Under the pieces are notes generated by a model. That model was not told the DNA's origin. It was given only the letters and a program-made list of their open reading frames with translations, and did not search any database. Of a stretch of 64,000 nt of DNA, positions 11,929 through 25,600 are shown one piece after another. Position 1 is the first letter of the stretch. Each line of letters opens with the position of its first letter. The stretch is taken from positions 9,311,492 to 9,375,491 of the forward strand of contig NC_057749.1 in assembly GCF_004010195.1 (NCBI RefSeq), given 5' to 3'. The stretch comes from Chiloscyllium plagiosum. Taxonomy: Eukaryota. Position numbers and translations under genes: made by a program.

Positions 11929-12155
11929 AAAACCAAAAGAACTGCGGATGCTGTAAATCAAAAACAAAGATAGAAATTGCTGGCAAAGCTCAGCAGGTCT
12001 GGCAGCATCTGTGGAGAGAAATTAGAGTTAAATATTTCGAGTTGCGTTTTGATCCAGTTGTGAGGAAGGGTCACCAGCCCCGAAATACTAACTCTGATTT
12101 CTCTCCATAGATGCTTACCAGACCTGTTGAGCTTTCCATCAATTTCTGCTTTAGT
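11929..12155. mobile_element. Palindromic Penelope-derived element (empty form); relatives at ~39895-40055, 45765-45920, 53583-54040, 54806-54915, 58440-58550, 60575-60780
   Basis: Arms GCTGG.AAAGCTCAGCAGGTCTGGCAGCATCTGTGGAGAGAAA.AGAGTTAA and reverse complement. Confidence 0.75.
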
Positions 12156-14200
12156 TGTAAGATATGATTTGGGGGTTGCAAGCTCTGAGGCAGCAAGGGC
12201 TATTTGAAGTTCAGAGTGATTTCTGACAGCTGCAAGGTCCCTTGGAATATTTTGCATTTTCTTTGTTGATGGGTGTGACCTTAATAGTCTCCGTTTTGAG
12301 GTGTGATTGCTGCAGCTACAAAAAAAAGTGGGCAGGTGTTTGTGTTTTTCTGAAGAAGTCACTTCTTCCTCAACTCCTTTCACACTACAGTACTCCTATT
12401 CTCCTTCCCACCCCAGTCAAGAACTAAAGCCTAATCGCTCCGTTTCTCAACAACTGAAACCTTCCTCCACATCTTATCATCCCAACCCAATCCAACAACT
12501 CTTTCACCTCCCAGATTTTCATTCTGGGTCACACAAAGTCTGAGGCATTAAGGTGGGGTGATACTGGGAAAAGTTCAGAAAGCACTGGGCTACAGGTTAA
12601 GCCCATTGTGAGTTCCATTGAGTCACAGAAGTACACCTCCTCTTCCCGACTCCAGAGGCTGAAGAAGAAAAATTTAACTCGTCATTTTCAACAATTTTGA
12701 CAATTAATTACTTGGATGGCACCTTTCAAAAGGTTTGAAAACAGTTTGAATTTCGACGCAATTCTTTTGTATTAGCCAAGAATGTCTAAAAGGCAAAAGT
12801 GACGACTGCAGATGCTGGAAATTAGAGTCTAGATTAGAGTGGTACTGAAAAACCTGGATCCATTAATTTAGCGGTAAGATCCAATCTTGTGCAAATTGGA
12901 CACAGGCTGACCACTTTAAAGTTGGCACACATTGCATTCATTTCAGAACCCAAATCAGGAGTAACACATCCCAATTTCATCATCACAAAATGACAATTTA
13001 AAAAATCTAAATTCCTGGGGCATTAAATGTGTTCTAAGGCAAAACCGAGTCTGCAATTTCAGGGAAGTTAACTAGAGCTGTGTGGAGAATTTAATCTTGT
13101 GCAGCAGGGAAACAAAGGGAAAAATGATGTGTCATTGGAAACTAAAGGTAAACCTCATTTCATTATTTATACAAAAAGGAAAAAGAATTGAAAGAGGCTA
13201 AGCTGCCTAACACCTGAAAAGTCCATTTGCAAAGATGTTCACTCTGAATTAAACCCACTTATTTATAAATCATCCATTTATAATCCTTCTCACATAGACT
13301 TGTTTTTTTAGCTGTCACTGAAGTGTGAGCAATGTATCCTGTGAAAGGGAAATCTTGCTATGTTAAAAATCATGTGATAGAAAGATCATGTGATAGTAGG
13401 ACAAAATTGATAAAAATCACACTACTTTAAACCACAATTCCATCCTGTCCTAAAGATGTGATATTATCAGCTTTTGATTATATCTAATGCCACAAGTTGA
13501 GTTGTCATACAGATAAACAATAAAATGTAAGACACAATCTTGATTTGTGGTGGCAAGTTATTCGAAGGTGAAATGTTGCTTTCAAAAAGGCCCATATATC
13601 TCTTGGGTGATTAATATTATCCCTTACATCAAAATTGGTTTAAGATTGTTAAATAGAGTGAGGACAAATTAACATAGGCAAAATTACATACACAGTTGCA
13701 CAGTCATTTTCATGCTGATGTAAACCTGCATTTAAACATGAAAGGAAGGAAGTACATTTAGATAGCATCTTCATGACCTTAGGTATTGCGAACTGCTTTA
13801 AAGTTAATGAAGTATTTTTTGAAGTATTTAGTTACTGTTATATTATTGTAAATATAATTGCCAAATTGCACATAGCAAGGTCCATAAACAGTCCTGAAAT
13901 TAATAACCAGATAAATTGTGTGTGGCATTGGCTAAGAGATAAATATTGGCCAGAACAGTAGGGGGTTCCATCCCCCCAAGTTGTTCTTCAAATACTGCAA
14001 TGGTATCTTCAATATTTATCTGAGACCAAAGATGGGACCTTAATTTAATGTCTGATCCAAAGCAAGATTTCCTCAGTACTGCACAGGAGTGCCAATCAGG
14101 CTTAATCACAAATAAAAAAAAAGAAAATGCAGAGGATACTCAGGACAGATAATATCAATCGAGAGAAAACAAAAGTAACATTTCAGCCAAAAAAGGTTAC

Positions 14201-14472
14201 GGCAGCACGATGGCACACTGCTGCCTCACAGCACCAGAGACCCGGGCAACTGTCTGTGTGGAGTTTGCACATTCTCCCTGTGTCTGCGTGGGTTTCCTCC
14301 GGGTGCTCCGGTTTCCTCCCACTGTCCAAAACTGAGCAGGCTAGGTGAATTGGGTGTTAGGTGAAGGGGTAAATGTAGGGGAATGGGTCTGGGTGGGTTG
14401 CTCTTCGGAGGGTTAGTGTGGACTTGTTGGGCCAAAGGGCCTGTTTCCACGCTGTAAGTAATCTAATCTAAT
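14201..14472 (+). mobile_element. HE1-type SINE inserted in a degraded Penelope-like element (~14120-14850)
   Basis: V-domain and (AATCT)n tail. Confidence 0.85.
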
Positions 14473-15999
14473 CATCAGAAATGGGAGAAGCTAGAGATGT
14501 AGTTGGTTTTAAGCAAGTGAAACATAGAAGGGAGAAATAGAATAAAAAGGAAAGTATGTGATAACTTGGAGAGGAGGTAGTTAAATGACAGAAGAGTTCA
14601 AAATGTAAGACAAAAGGGAGTGGAAATAGAACATTAAGAAACAGGATGTGCCTGGGGGGGAGGTGTGAGTGGCAGAATGTATAGCTGCCACCCTAAAACA
14701 AAAACAAGTGAAAAATGAAAATAAAACTGATGTCTTCAATGAGAAAGATATCAAAATTGGATCAGAGATCATGGTTTAAGATTGTTGAATTCATTGTTGT
14801 CTTCAAATGCTGGAAAGTGCCAAATGAAAAGAGAGGATGCTGTTCTTTTTGCCAAAATAAATTATTTATAGGCCGTGGGTGTTGTTAGCTTGACCAGCAT
14901 TTAATGCCCCAGAGAATGTGGTGGTGAGATTACTTCTTGAACTGCTGCAGTCCGTTTGGTGTGGTTAACCCACAATGCCATTGTGGAAGGAGTTCCCGGA
15001 TTTTGACCCACCAACACTGAAGACACGGTGATATATTTCCAAGTCGGGATGGTGTGCATCTTGGAAGGGAACTCGCAAGTGGTGCTCACATGGATCTACA
15101 ACTCTTGTCTTTCTTGATGGTAATTGTTATTTGTTAGGAAGATGCTCTGTCAAGAGTCCTGATGAATCTCTGCAGTGCACCTTGTAGGTAGTCCACACTG
15201 CAACTGTTTAGCATCCATGGTGGAATGTTTTTGAATGTGATGCTATCATACAGTCAATCTTCTTGGATATGATTAGATTAGATTAGATTACTTACTCACG
15301 CAGACATGGGGAGAATGTGCAAACTCCACACAGACAGTTGCCTGAGGTGGGAATTGAACCCGGGTATCTGGCGCTGTGAGGCAGCAGTGCTAGCCACTGT
15401 GCCACCATGCTGGAGCTAAACTTATTCATGTGTTATGGACCAGACCAAACCCCTTTCAAGTATTCAAGGAAGTAGCCTACACCATAATCTTTATCTTATT
15501 TAAAGGCAAGTGTAAGGTGCTATGTTTCAGATGTGATTCACACTACTAAGCTTTAAACAAAACACACTTTATTCTTACCCCAGGTTAAAAAACACACAAA
15601 ATAAAGTAGAATTGGTCTAACATTAAATCTATTGGAAAACTTAACCGAATAACAGATTATTTAACTAGTAAACAGTAACTTTTCCAATGCAGCAGCATCC
15701 CATAAGCGCATCATTGGTGAAGGCAAAGTCAGTAAAACAGATTGTCTCCCACTGGATTCTGGCAGCAAAAAGAGACCCCAAATTTTTAGCTGTAAGAGAG
15801 AGACAGCTTCCACATACAGCTTCAAAACTCCAACAACTGCTGAGACTTAAACTCAATGAGAGCCTGACTCCACGCATTCATGCTGCTTCTATTGTTCCAG
15901 GATTTTAAAAAATCTGCAAGACATCTTGAGCTATTTGTTTTATAAGCTTGGAATAGACCACTCATTACCTATATCTCAATCTCTCTTTGTAAAAACAAA

Positions 16000-18900
16000 T
16001 CCAGAGGTCATGGTACACATTGGCACCAATGACATAGCTAGGAAAAGGGATGAGGATCTAAAAAGTGATTCCGGGGAGTTAGGTTGGAAGCTAAAAAGCA
16101 GGACAAGCAGAGTAGTACTCCCACAATTACTACCGGTACTAGTGAGGTGAGGAACAGGGAGCTAGTGAGATGAGGAACAAGGAGCGAGTGCAGGTAAACA
16201 CGTGGCTACTGGGCAGGTGCAGGAGAAAGGGCATAGATCATTGCGGTACCTTCTGGGGAAGGTGGGACCTGTACATGAAGGATGGGTTGCACTTAAACTG
16301 GAGGGGCACCAATGTCCTGGGCAGGAGATTTGCTACAGCCTGTCAGGAGGATTTAAAATAGTTTAGCCGGGGATGGGAACCAGAGCTGCAGATCAGAGAG
16401 GGTAGTTGTTGAACAGGCAGAAATAGAATGCAGAGAGTCTGTCAGGAAGGATACACAGTTGATAGGGCAAAGGGATAGTTAAAGTGTTTTGTTTTGATGC
16501 AAGGAGTGTCAGGAATAAGAGTAATGAACTTAGAGGATGGATCAGTACTTGGAACTACGATGTTCTGGCCATAATGCAGACATAGATTTCACAGGGGCAG
16601 GAATGGTTGCTGGATGTTCCAGAGTTTAGATCTTTTAGAAAGAATAGGGAGTGGGGTAAAAGAAGATGTGGAGTAGCATTGTTAATTAGAGAGTGCATCA
16701 CAGCTGCAGAAAAGAAGGTTGTTGAGGAGGGTTTGTCGACTGTGTCAGTCTGTAACAGGAAAGGAGCAGTCACTTTCTTGGGTGTTTTCTATAGATCCTC
16801 CAATAACAGCAGAGAGATGGAAGAACAAATTGGACAGCAGATCTTGGAAAGGTGCAGATGTAACAGGGTTGTTGTTGTGGGTGACTTCAACTTGCCTAAT
16901 ATTGATTGGAACCTCCTTAGTGCAGATGGTCTGGATGGAGCCGATTTTGTCAAGAGTGTCCAGGAAGGATTCCTGACTCAATATGTAGATAGGCTGACTT
17001 GGGGGAGGCCATATTGGATTTGGTGCTAGGCAACGAGCCAGGTCAGATGTCAGATCTCTCGATGGGTGAGCATTTCGGTGACAGTGACCACAACTGCCTC
17101 ACCTTTACCATAGCCATGGAGAGGGATAGGAACTGGATGTAGGTTTGCTCACTGAGCTGGAAGATTCATTTCCAGACATTTCGTCACCCTACTAGGTAAC
17201 ATCTTCAGTGGGTCTCTGGGCAAAACACTGTTGATAATTCCTTTTTTCTATTTATATGTTTGGGTTGGTGATGTCATTTCCTGTGGTGACATCATAGGAA
17301 CAGACAGTATGGGATGGTATTTAATTGGTGGAGGGGAAATTATACTGCTATTAGATGAGCCGTGGAGTATAAATTGGGAACAGTTGTTCTACGGGAACTG
17401 CACAACAGAAATGTGGAGTCTGTTTAAGCTTCTGGTCAAGAGGAAGAAGGAAGCTTATTTAAGGTTGAGGAAGCAAGGATCTGGCACAGCTTTAGAGAAT
17501 TAAAGGGTAGCTAGCAAAGAAATCAAAAATGGACTGAGGAGAGCTAGGAGGGGACACGAAAAAGTCTTGGGAAAACCAAAGGCATTCTACACTCACGTGA
17601 GGAATAAGAGAATGATCAGAGAGAGGGTAGGGCCAATCAGAGATAGTGAAAGGAACTTGTGCCTGGAGTCTGAAAAGGTAGGGGAGGCCCTAAATGAGTT
17701 TTTTGCTTCAGTATTCACCCGAGAGAGGGACCTTGTTGGTAGTGAGAACACTGTGGAGCAGATTAGTAGGCTTGAACAGATTGATATTAAGAAAGTAGAT
17801 GTGCCAAAAATTCTGGGAAGCATCAAGATGGATGTCCCCAGCTGGACCAGAGATATCCAAGGTTACTAAGGGAAGCGAGAAATTAGATTCTTGCGCCTCT
17901 TGTGATGATCTTTGCATCCTCACTTTCCATGGGAGTAGCATTGGATGATTAGAGGAAGGTGAATTTTGTTCCTCTGTTCAAGAACGAACTAGGAAAATCC
18001 CTGGGAATTACATACCAGTCAGTCTTGCATTTGTGATAAGCAAGGTACTGCAAAGGATTCTGAGAGATAAGATTTATGACTATTTGGAAAGAACTGTGTT
18101 TGATTAAAGATTGTCAGCAAGGCTTTGTAAGGGGCAGGACATACATCAGAATCCTTATTGAGTCCTTTGAGGATGTGACAAGACAAGTTGACAAAGGTCG
18201 AGCAGTGGATATAGTGTATATGGATTTCAGTAAGGCTTTTGATAAGGTTCCCCACAGTAGGCTCATTCAGAAAGTTAGGAAATATGGGATACAGGGAAAT
18301 TTGGCTGCAGGATACAGAATTGGCTGGCAGAAAGAAGACAGCGAGTGGTAGTGGATGGAAAATATTCCGCCTGGAGGTCAGTGACCAGTGGTGTCCTGCA
18401 CGGTTCTGTTCTTGGGCCTCTGCTCTTTGTAGATTTTATTAGTGACTTGGGTGAAGATGTGGAAGAGTGGGTTAGTATGTTTGCCAATGACACAAAGGTC
18501 GGTGCTGTTGTAGATAGTGTCAAGGGCTGTTGCAGATGACAACAAGACATTGACAGGATGCAGAGCTGGGCTGAGAAGTGGCAGATGGAGTTCAATCTGC
18601 ATAAGCTTTGGATGGTCAAATTTCAATGCTGAAAAAGGGTTAAAATAGGATTCTTGGCAGTGTGGAGGAACAGCGGGATCTTGGGGTCCACGTATAAAAA
18701 TCCCTCAAAGTTGCCACCCAAGTTGGTAGGGTTGTTAAGAAAGCTTATGGTGTTTTGGCTTTCATTAACAGGGGACTGAGTTTAAGAGCTACGAGGTTTT
18801 GCTGCAGCTCTAAAAAACCCTGATGAGACCACACTTGGAATATTGTATCCAGTTCTGGTCACCTCATTACAGGAAGGATGTAGATGCTTTAGAGTGAGCG

Positions 18901-19345
18901 CAGAGAAGATTTACCAGTATGCTGCCTGGATTGGAGGGCATGTCTTATGAAGGGAGGTTGAGTGAGCTCGGGCTTTTCACACTGAAGAGAAGAAGGAAGA
19001 GCGGTGACTTGATAGCGGTCTACTAGGTAATGAGAGGCATATATAGAGTAGGTAGCCACAGACTTTTCCCTAGGGCAGAAATGGCTGTCATGAGGGGTCA
19101 TAATTTTAAGGTGATTGGAGGTTCTTTACACAGACAGTGGTGGGTGTGTGGAATGCACTGACAGTGGTGGTAGTAGAGTCAGAGACATTAGGGACATTTA
19201 AGCGACTGCTGGGCAAGCACATGGACTGCAATAAATTGAGGGCTGTGTAGGTTAGGTTGATCTTAGATTAAGATAAATGCTCAGTACAATATCATGGGCC
19301 GAAGGGCCTGTACTGTGCTGTACTGTTCTATGCCCTATGTTCTAT
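16000..19345 (+). mobile_element. Near full-length degraded CR1-clade LINE (ORF1 esterase, EN, RT, 3' tail), interrupted by a Penelope terminus at ~17131-17292
   Basis: VHIGTNDI, DGLHLN, VGDFNLPNIDW, DFSKAFDKVPH, SGVLHGSVLGP, FANDTK; (TTCTATG)n tail. Confidence 0.93.
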
Positions 19346-19629
19346 GTATAAAGTTCACCTGTTAAAGCCTTAGTATTGTCACTTCGGCAAGTGGGAGTAT
19401 TCCATCACACTTCCAACTTGAGCCTTGCAGATAGTGGGCAGACTTTGGAGTGTCAACAGGCAAGGTATTCGCTGAAGTTTTCCCAGCCTCTGATCTACTC
19501 TTGCAGCCACAGTATTTAATATAGCTCATCAGGTTTAGTTTATGGCCAATGGTAACCCCCAAGCCATTGATACTCGAGGAATTAAGCAGTGGTAACCCTA
19601 GCTTATGTCATACTTTGTAAGAGCACTGC

Positions 19630-20871
19630 TTGAGGTTTTTGAAGAAGTAACAAAGAAGATTGATGAGGGCAGAGCAGTAGATGTGATCTGTATGGACTTC
19701 AGTAAGGCGTTCGACAAGGTTCCCCATAGGAGACTGATTAGCAAGGTTAGATCTCATGGAATACAGGGAGAACTAGCCATTTGGATACAGAACTGACTCA
19801 AAGGTAGAAGACAGAGGGTGGTGGTGGAGGGTTGTTTTTCAGGCTGGAGCCTGTGACCAGTGGAGTGCCACAAGGATCGGTGCTGGGTCCTCTACGTTTT
19901 GTCATTTACATAAATGATTTGGATGCGAGCATAAGAGATACAGCTGGTAAGTTTGCAGATGACACCAAAATTGGAGGTGTAGTGGACAGCGAAGAGGGTT
20001 ACCTCAGATTACAACAGGATCTGGACCAGATGGGCCAATGGGCTTAGAAATGGCAGATGGAGTTTAATTCAGATAAATGTGAGGTGCTGCATTTTGGGAA
20101 AGCAAATCTTAGCAGGACTTATACACTTATGGTAATGTCCTAGGGAGTGTTGCTTGGAGACCTTGGAGTGCAGGTTCATAGCTCCTTGAAAGTGGAGTCG
20201 CAGGTAGTTAGGATAGTGAAGAAGGCGTTTGGTATACTATCCTTTATTGGTCAGAGTATTGAGTACAGGAGTTGGGAGGTCATGTTGCGGCTGTACAGGA
20301 CATTGGTTAGGCCACTGTTGGAATATTGCGTGCAATTCTGGTCTCCTTCCTATCAAAAAGATGTTGCAAAACTTGAAAGGGTTCAGAAAAGATTTGCAAG
20401 AATATTGCTAGGGTTGGAGAATTTGAGCTATAGGGAGAGGCTGAACAGCCTGGGGCTGTTTTCCCTGGAGCATCGGAGACTGAGGGGTAATCTTATAGAT
20501 GTTTACAAAATTATGAGGGGCATGGATAGGATAAATAGGCAAAGTCTTTTCCCTGGGGTTGGGGAGTCCAGAACTAGAGGGCATAGGTTTAGGGTGAGAG
20601 GGCAAAGATATAAAAGAGACCTAAGGGGCAAGTTTTCCACGCAGAGGGTGGTGCATGTATGGAATGAGCTGCCAGAGGAAGTGGTGGAGGCTGGTACAAT
20701 TGCAACATTTAAGAGGCATTTGAATGGGTATATGAATAGGAAGGGTTTGGAGGGATATGGGCCGGGTGCTGGCAGGTAGGACTGGATTGGGTTGGGATAT
20801 CTGGTCGGCATGGATGGGTTGGACCGAAGGGTCTGTTTCCATGCTGTACATCACTATGACTCTATGACTCT
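19630..20871 (+). mobile_element. 5'-truncated, relatively young CR1-clade LINE
   Basis: MDFSKAFDKVPH, GVPQGSVLGP, FADDTK, 210-aa open C-terminal segment LVRPLLEYCVQFWSP; (ACTCTATG)n tail. Confidence 0.95.
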
Positions 20872-21667
20872 CAGCTGTAGAGAGCGAAGTCAACATGAAA
20901 GGAAGGTGAAAAACAATTAAAATAATAGACAAGTAAATACCTGGCATCACAGGTGCAGACTGTATAAAGCATTCTGTAAAGTGGTCAGCCAGTCTGAGTT
21001 TGTCTTTTCAGCTCAGAATAGATCACATTGTGCCTTGTATAGTGAAGGGAGACCAAGCAAAGGACAGCTATCGAAAGCTCTGATTGTATGGCGAAGTGCA
21101 ATTGGCAGGGAGGAATCTTGGGGGAGTGACAGAAGGAGTATTCCCTTCAAAATGGTGTGAAGGGAGAGGAGAAGGAGAAGAGAAGAAGATGGCATCAATG
21201 AAAGGTTATGGGCTCAAATCTCTGGAATGGGTCTTCAATCCACAACCTGCAGACAAGAGAACCATTCAATGAGCCACAACTGTCATATAATGTTAGGTGG
21301 AACAATGTTGCTTGAGTGTTAGATTCTAAACCTCACCCTTGAGAATGACAAGATTTGATAGAGGTGTTCAAAATTGTGAGGGGCCCAGACAATATAATGA
21401 AGGAGAAACTGTTCCTGCTGGCGGAAAGATCCAGAACCACAGCACGCCAATTTAAGGTGAGGAACAAAACTTCCCACAAACATGTGTTTTTGGCAACAAA
21501 TTGTTTAAGATCTGTTTTACACTTGAGTATCGTTGAGATAGATATTCAGTTATCTTTTGAAGGTGAATCTATCTGTCAATAAATTGTCGAAAAAAGTGAA
21601 AAAGTGGGAACTAGGGTGAGTTTCTCTTGCAAAGAGAGACACAGGCAACATGCTAAATGGTCTGCTA

Positions 21668-22486
21668 CAGGTAGTTCTTGTATAAAGCGTGTTTCAGCAG
21701 TGCAGTTTGGCTATAACATCACTGAAGAATTAGGGACTGGTATTTTCGAGAATGCAGTTCTGGCAGTGAATATTTTGCACGCTTCATTTTGTGCACACGC
21801 CGATGTCAGCTGCCATCAGAGCATGTGAGAGGTTCTATACATTGAGCAGTTTCATCTCAAAAATTAAACCAATGAATGCTCATTGCTCTCCCTCTGAGAC
21901 AAGAATATTCTTGACAGGAAAGTGGAAGTTGGCGATGAAAAAGTTGAAGTCCAGGATTCAGCACCACTTCTCTTTTGTCTTCTATCCTGAGAGAAATTGA
22001 GAGATAGTTGGAGGACGATTACAACAAAGAATGCAGCAGGGTAGAAGGTTCATTCAATAAGATATTATCTGGCACCCTATGAACAGCTTCTGAAGACAGA
22101 AGAAAAAGGGCAAAACAGCAAAGAACTGGATGTCTTTTTTAAACCAACCCCGAAGAAACGTCAGAAGATAATGAACCATAGCCATCCACTTCTGCAATCA
22201 TAACTGCTCCTGAAGTTGGTGATGATGACGACCTTCTGTCTCTGCATTAACAATATTTTTTTCAGTGTACTGTGTTAAATTTACTTTTGTTTTGTTAAAA
22301 AAAAGTATGATTTAAACGTTCATTCAGGCTGTGCTATGCTTTGTTCGGCTTTTGGGTGATTTTTGAGCGATCGTGAGTGATATTTTTTCCTGGCCTGCCC
22401 TAACCCCACTTTTACCATAGGCCCCATCACTACTATTAAGTGGTTTTCTATTCAGCGAAATTTCACTGGAATGGGAGAACTGCCTA
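21668..22486 (+). mobile_element. Tigger/pogo-like DNA transposon deletion derivative
   Basis: TA|CAGGTAGTTCT...AGAACTGCCTA|TA imperfect TIRs with TA flanks; frameshifted remnant ...YEQLLK..KRAKQQ..LDVFFKP resembling a Tigger transposase C-terminus. Confidence 0.65.
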
Positions 22487-22679
22487 TATTTTGCATTAAT
22501 AATTCTAGAAGGCAAAGATGATGTGGGACTCACTAACAGCTTTTTTTACAATGTTGCCCTCCCCCACCAATTAGGAACTTGTAAAATTTTGTACAGAATC
22601 TGATCTTTTATTAAAGGGATGCACGTCCTTGCTACGTTCTCCTTATATTGAAAAGAGGCAGAATGGAGTTTGCACTTTG

Positions 22680-25600
22680 CATAAGATCATAAGACATAGG
22701 ATCAAAGATTAGGCCATTCAGCCCATTGAGTCTGCTCTGCCATTCAATGTGACTGATAAATTCCTGGAACCATTCCTGATGAAGAGCTTGTGCTCGAAAC
22801 ATCGATTTTCCTGCTCTTCGGATGCTGCCTGACCTGCTGTGCTTTTCCAGCACCACACTCTCGACTCTGAGCACCAGCATCTGCAGTCCTCACTTTCTCC
22901 TCCCATTCTCCTGCTTTCTACCTGTAATCTTTGATCCACTTTACAATCAGGAGCCCATCTATCACCGTCTTAAATAAACTCAATGACCTGGCCTCCACAG
23001 CCTTCTGTGGCAATGAATTCCATAGATTCACCACTCTCTGGCTGAAGAAGTTTCTCCATACCTCTGTTCTAAAAGGTCTCCCCTTTACTCTAAGGCTGTG
23101 CCCTCGGGTCCCAGTCTCTACTACCAGTGGAAACATCTTCCCAGTATCCACTCTGTCCAGGCCATTCAGTATTCTGTATATTTCAATTAGATATCTCCCA
23201 AACTTCTAAACACCATCAAGTATTGATCCAAGTCTTCAAATGTTCCTCATATGTTAAGTTGTTCATTCCTGGGACCGTTCTCATGAATCTCCTCTGAATA
23301 TGCTCCAAGGCCAGCACATACTTCCTGAGATATGGAGCCCAAAACTGCACACAATACTCCAAATGTGGCCTGACCAGGGCTTTGTAGAGCCTTAGAAGCA
23401 CATCCCTGCTTTCATATTCAAGTCCTCTCTAAATAAGTGCCATCATTGCATTTGCCTTCCCAACTACTGTCTCAACCTGCAAGTTTACTTTGAGAGAGTC
23501 CTGGACTAGAACTCCCAAATCTGTTTGCACTTCAGACTTCTGAATTTTCTCCCCATTTATAATGTAGTTCATGCTTCTAATCTTCCTACCAATGCGCATG
23601 ACCTCACTTTCCCACGTTGTACTCCATCTGCCATTCTTTGCCCTCTCTCCTAACCTGTCCGAGTCCTTCTGCAGCCCCCTCCCCTGCCTCCTCAATGCTA
23701 CTGTCCTTCTACTTTGCATCACCTGCAAACTTAGCCAGAATGCCCTCAGTTCCTTCATCTGGATCATTAATGTACAAGTGAAAAGTTGTGGTCCCAACAC
23801 TGAGCCCTATAGAGCACCACTTTTCACCAGCTGCCACCCTGAGAAGGACCCTTTTCTGCTTTCTGCCAGATACCCAAGCTTCTATCCATGCTAGCACCTT
23901 GCCTTTGACACCATTGGCCTTTTTCGTACTCAGTAGCCTCTTTTGTGGCACTTTTCTTGAAGTCCAGGTAGGTAACATCCATTGGTTCTCCTTGGTCGAA
24001 TCTGCTCGTTACTTCCTCAAAGACTTCTTGCAGATTTGTCAGGCATGACCTCCTCTTGATTAAACCATGCTGACTCTGCCCTATTTTACCATACACTTGC
24101 AAGTATTCAGAAATCGCGTCCTTCATAATGGATTCCAGGATCTTACCCATGACTGAAGTCAAGCAATTGGTCTGTAATTTTCCATTTTCTGCCTTACTCT
24201 TTATGTTTGTGATTTCCCAGTCCTGTGGGATCCTCCCTGCTTCTCGCATGATTTCTGAAAGATTACCACTTACGCCCCCACTATCTCCTCACGTATCTCC
24301 CTTAGAATCTGGGGTGTAGTCCATCTCGTCCAGGTGAGTTATCCACCTTCAGGCCATTCAGTTTTTCTGATATCTCCTCCTTGGTGATGGCCACCATACT
24401 AAGCTCTCCCCTCTCACTCCCCTTCTCACTCCCTTGAATTCTTTGGAAATTATTTTGTTTTCCACTGTGAAGACTGATGTGAAGTAATTATTCAGTTCCT
24501 CAGCAATTTCTTTGTTCCCCACAGCTATATCTTCAGCGTCATTTTCCAATAGCCCAAAGTCCGCTTTTTGCCTCTCTTTTGCCCTTTATATATCTAAAGA
24601 AGCTCTTACAATCTTCCTTTATGTTACTGGCCATCTTACCCTCATATATAATCTTCTCCCTCCTTATTTCTTTTTTTTGTTGCCCTGTGTTGGTCTTTGT
24701 AAGCTTCCCAATCCTCTAGTTTCCCACTGTTCTTTGCTACTTATGTGCTTTCTCTTTTGGTTTAATGCTGAATTCCCTAGTCAGCCATGGTTGCCTCATT
24801 CTCCCTGTACCATGCTTCTTTTTCCTCAGGAATAATCTCTGCTAAGTCTCCTGAATTACTCCCGGAAACTCCTGCCATTGCTGTTCCACTGTCTTCCCTA
24901 CTACACTCATCTCCCAGTCAATTCTGTCCAGCTCCTCCCTCATTCCTCTGCAGTTGCCTTTAATCAGCTGAAATACCATTTCCTCCGATTCTATCTTCTA
25001 TCTCTCAAATTGCACAGTAAAATACATCATGTTATGATCATTGCTTGCTAAGGGTTCCTTCACCTTAAGCTCCCTTATCAAGTCTGCCTCATTGCATAAT
25101 ACTAAATCCAGTATTGCCTCGTGGGCTCCATCACAAGCTGTTTCTAAAAGCCATCTCGTAGACATTCCAGAAATTACTTTACTTGCGACCCACTCCCAAC
25201 CTGATTATCCCAGTCCACCTGCATATTGATATCGCCCATCATCATTGTAATTTTGCCTTTCCTACACATCTTTTCTATCTGCTGGTTTATCTTGCACCCC
25301 AGCTCCTGACTACTATTTGGAGGCCGATATATGACTACAGCTATGGTTGTTTTACCTTTTGTGGTTTTTTCAATTCTTCCCACACAGATTCTACACCATC
25401 TGACCCTACATGGTTTCTTGATTTAATTTCATTTCTTGCTAATAGGGCAAGTCCACAGGGACGGCTTGGTGGCTGAGTGGTTGGCACTGCAGCCTTACAG
25501 CACCAGGGACCCAGGTTCAATTCCCACCATGGCGACTGTCTGTGTGGAGTTAGCACATTCTCCCTGTGTCTGCGTGGCTTTTTTCCGGGTGCTCCGGCTT

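Noticed and set aside
12505..12680. Possible minus-strand exon (ttttcttcttcag acceptor near 12659)
   Set aside because: No convincing donor, reading frame or partner exons.
15431..15997. Possible solo LTR (TGT...ACA)
   Set aside because: No second copy, target duplication or PBS/PPT seen; left unclassified.
20147..20779. 210-aa open ORF as a host gene
   Set aside because: CR1 ORF2 C-terminus in a 5'-truncated copy with upstream stops.
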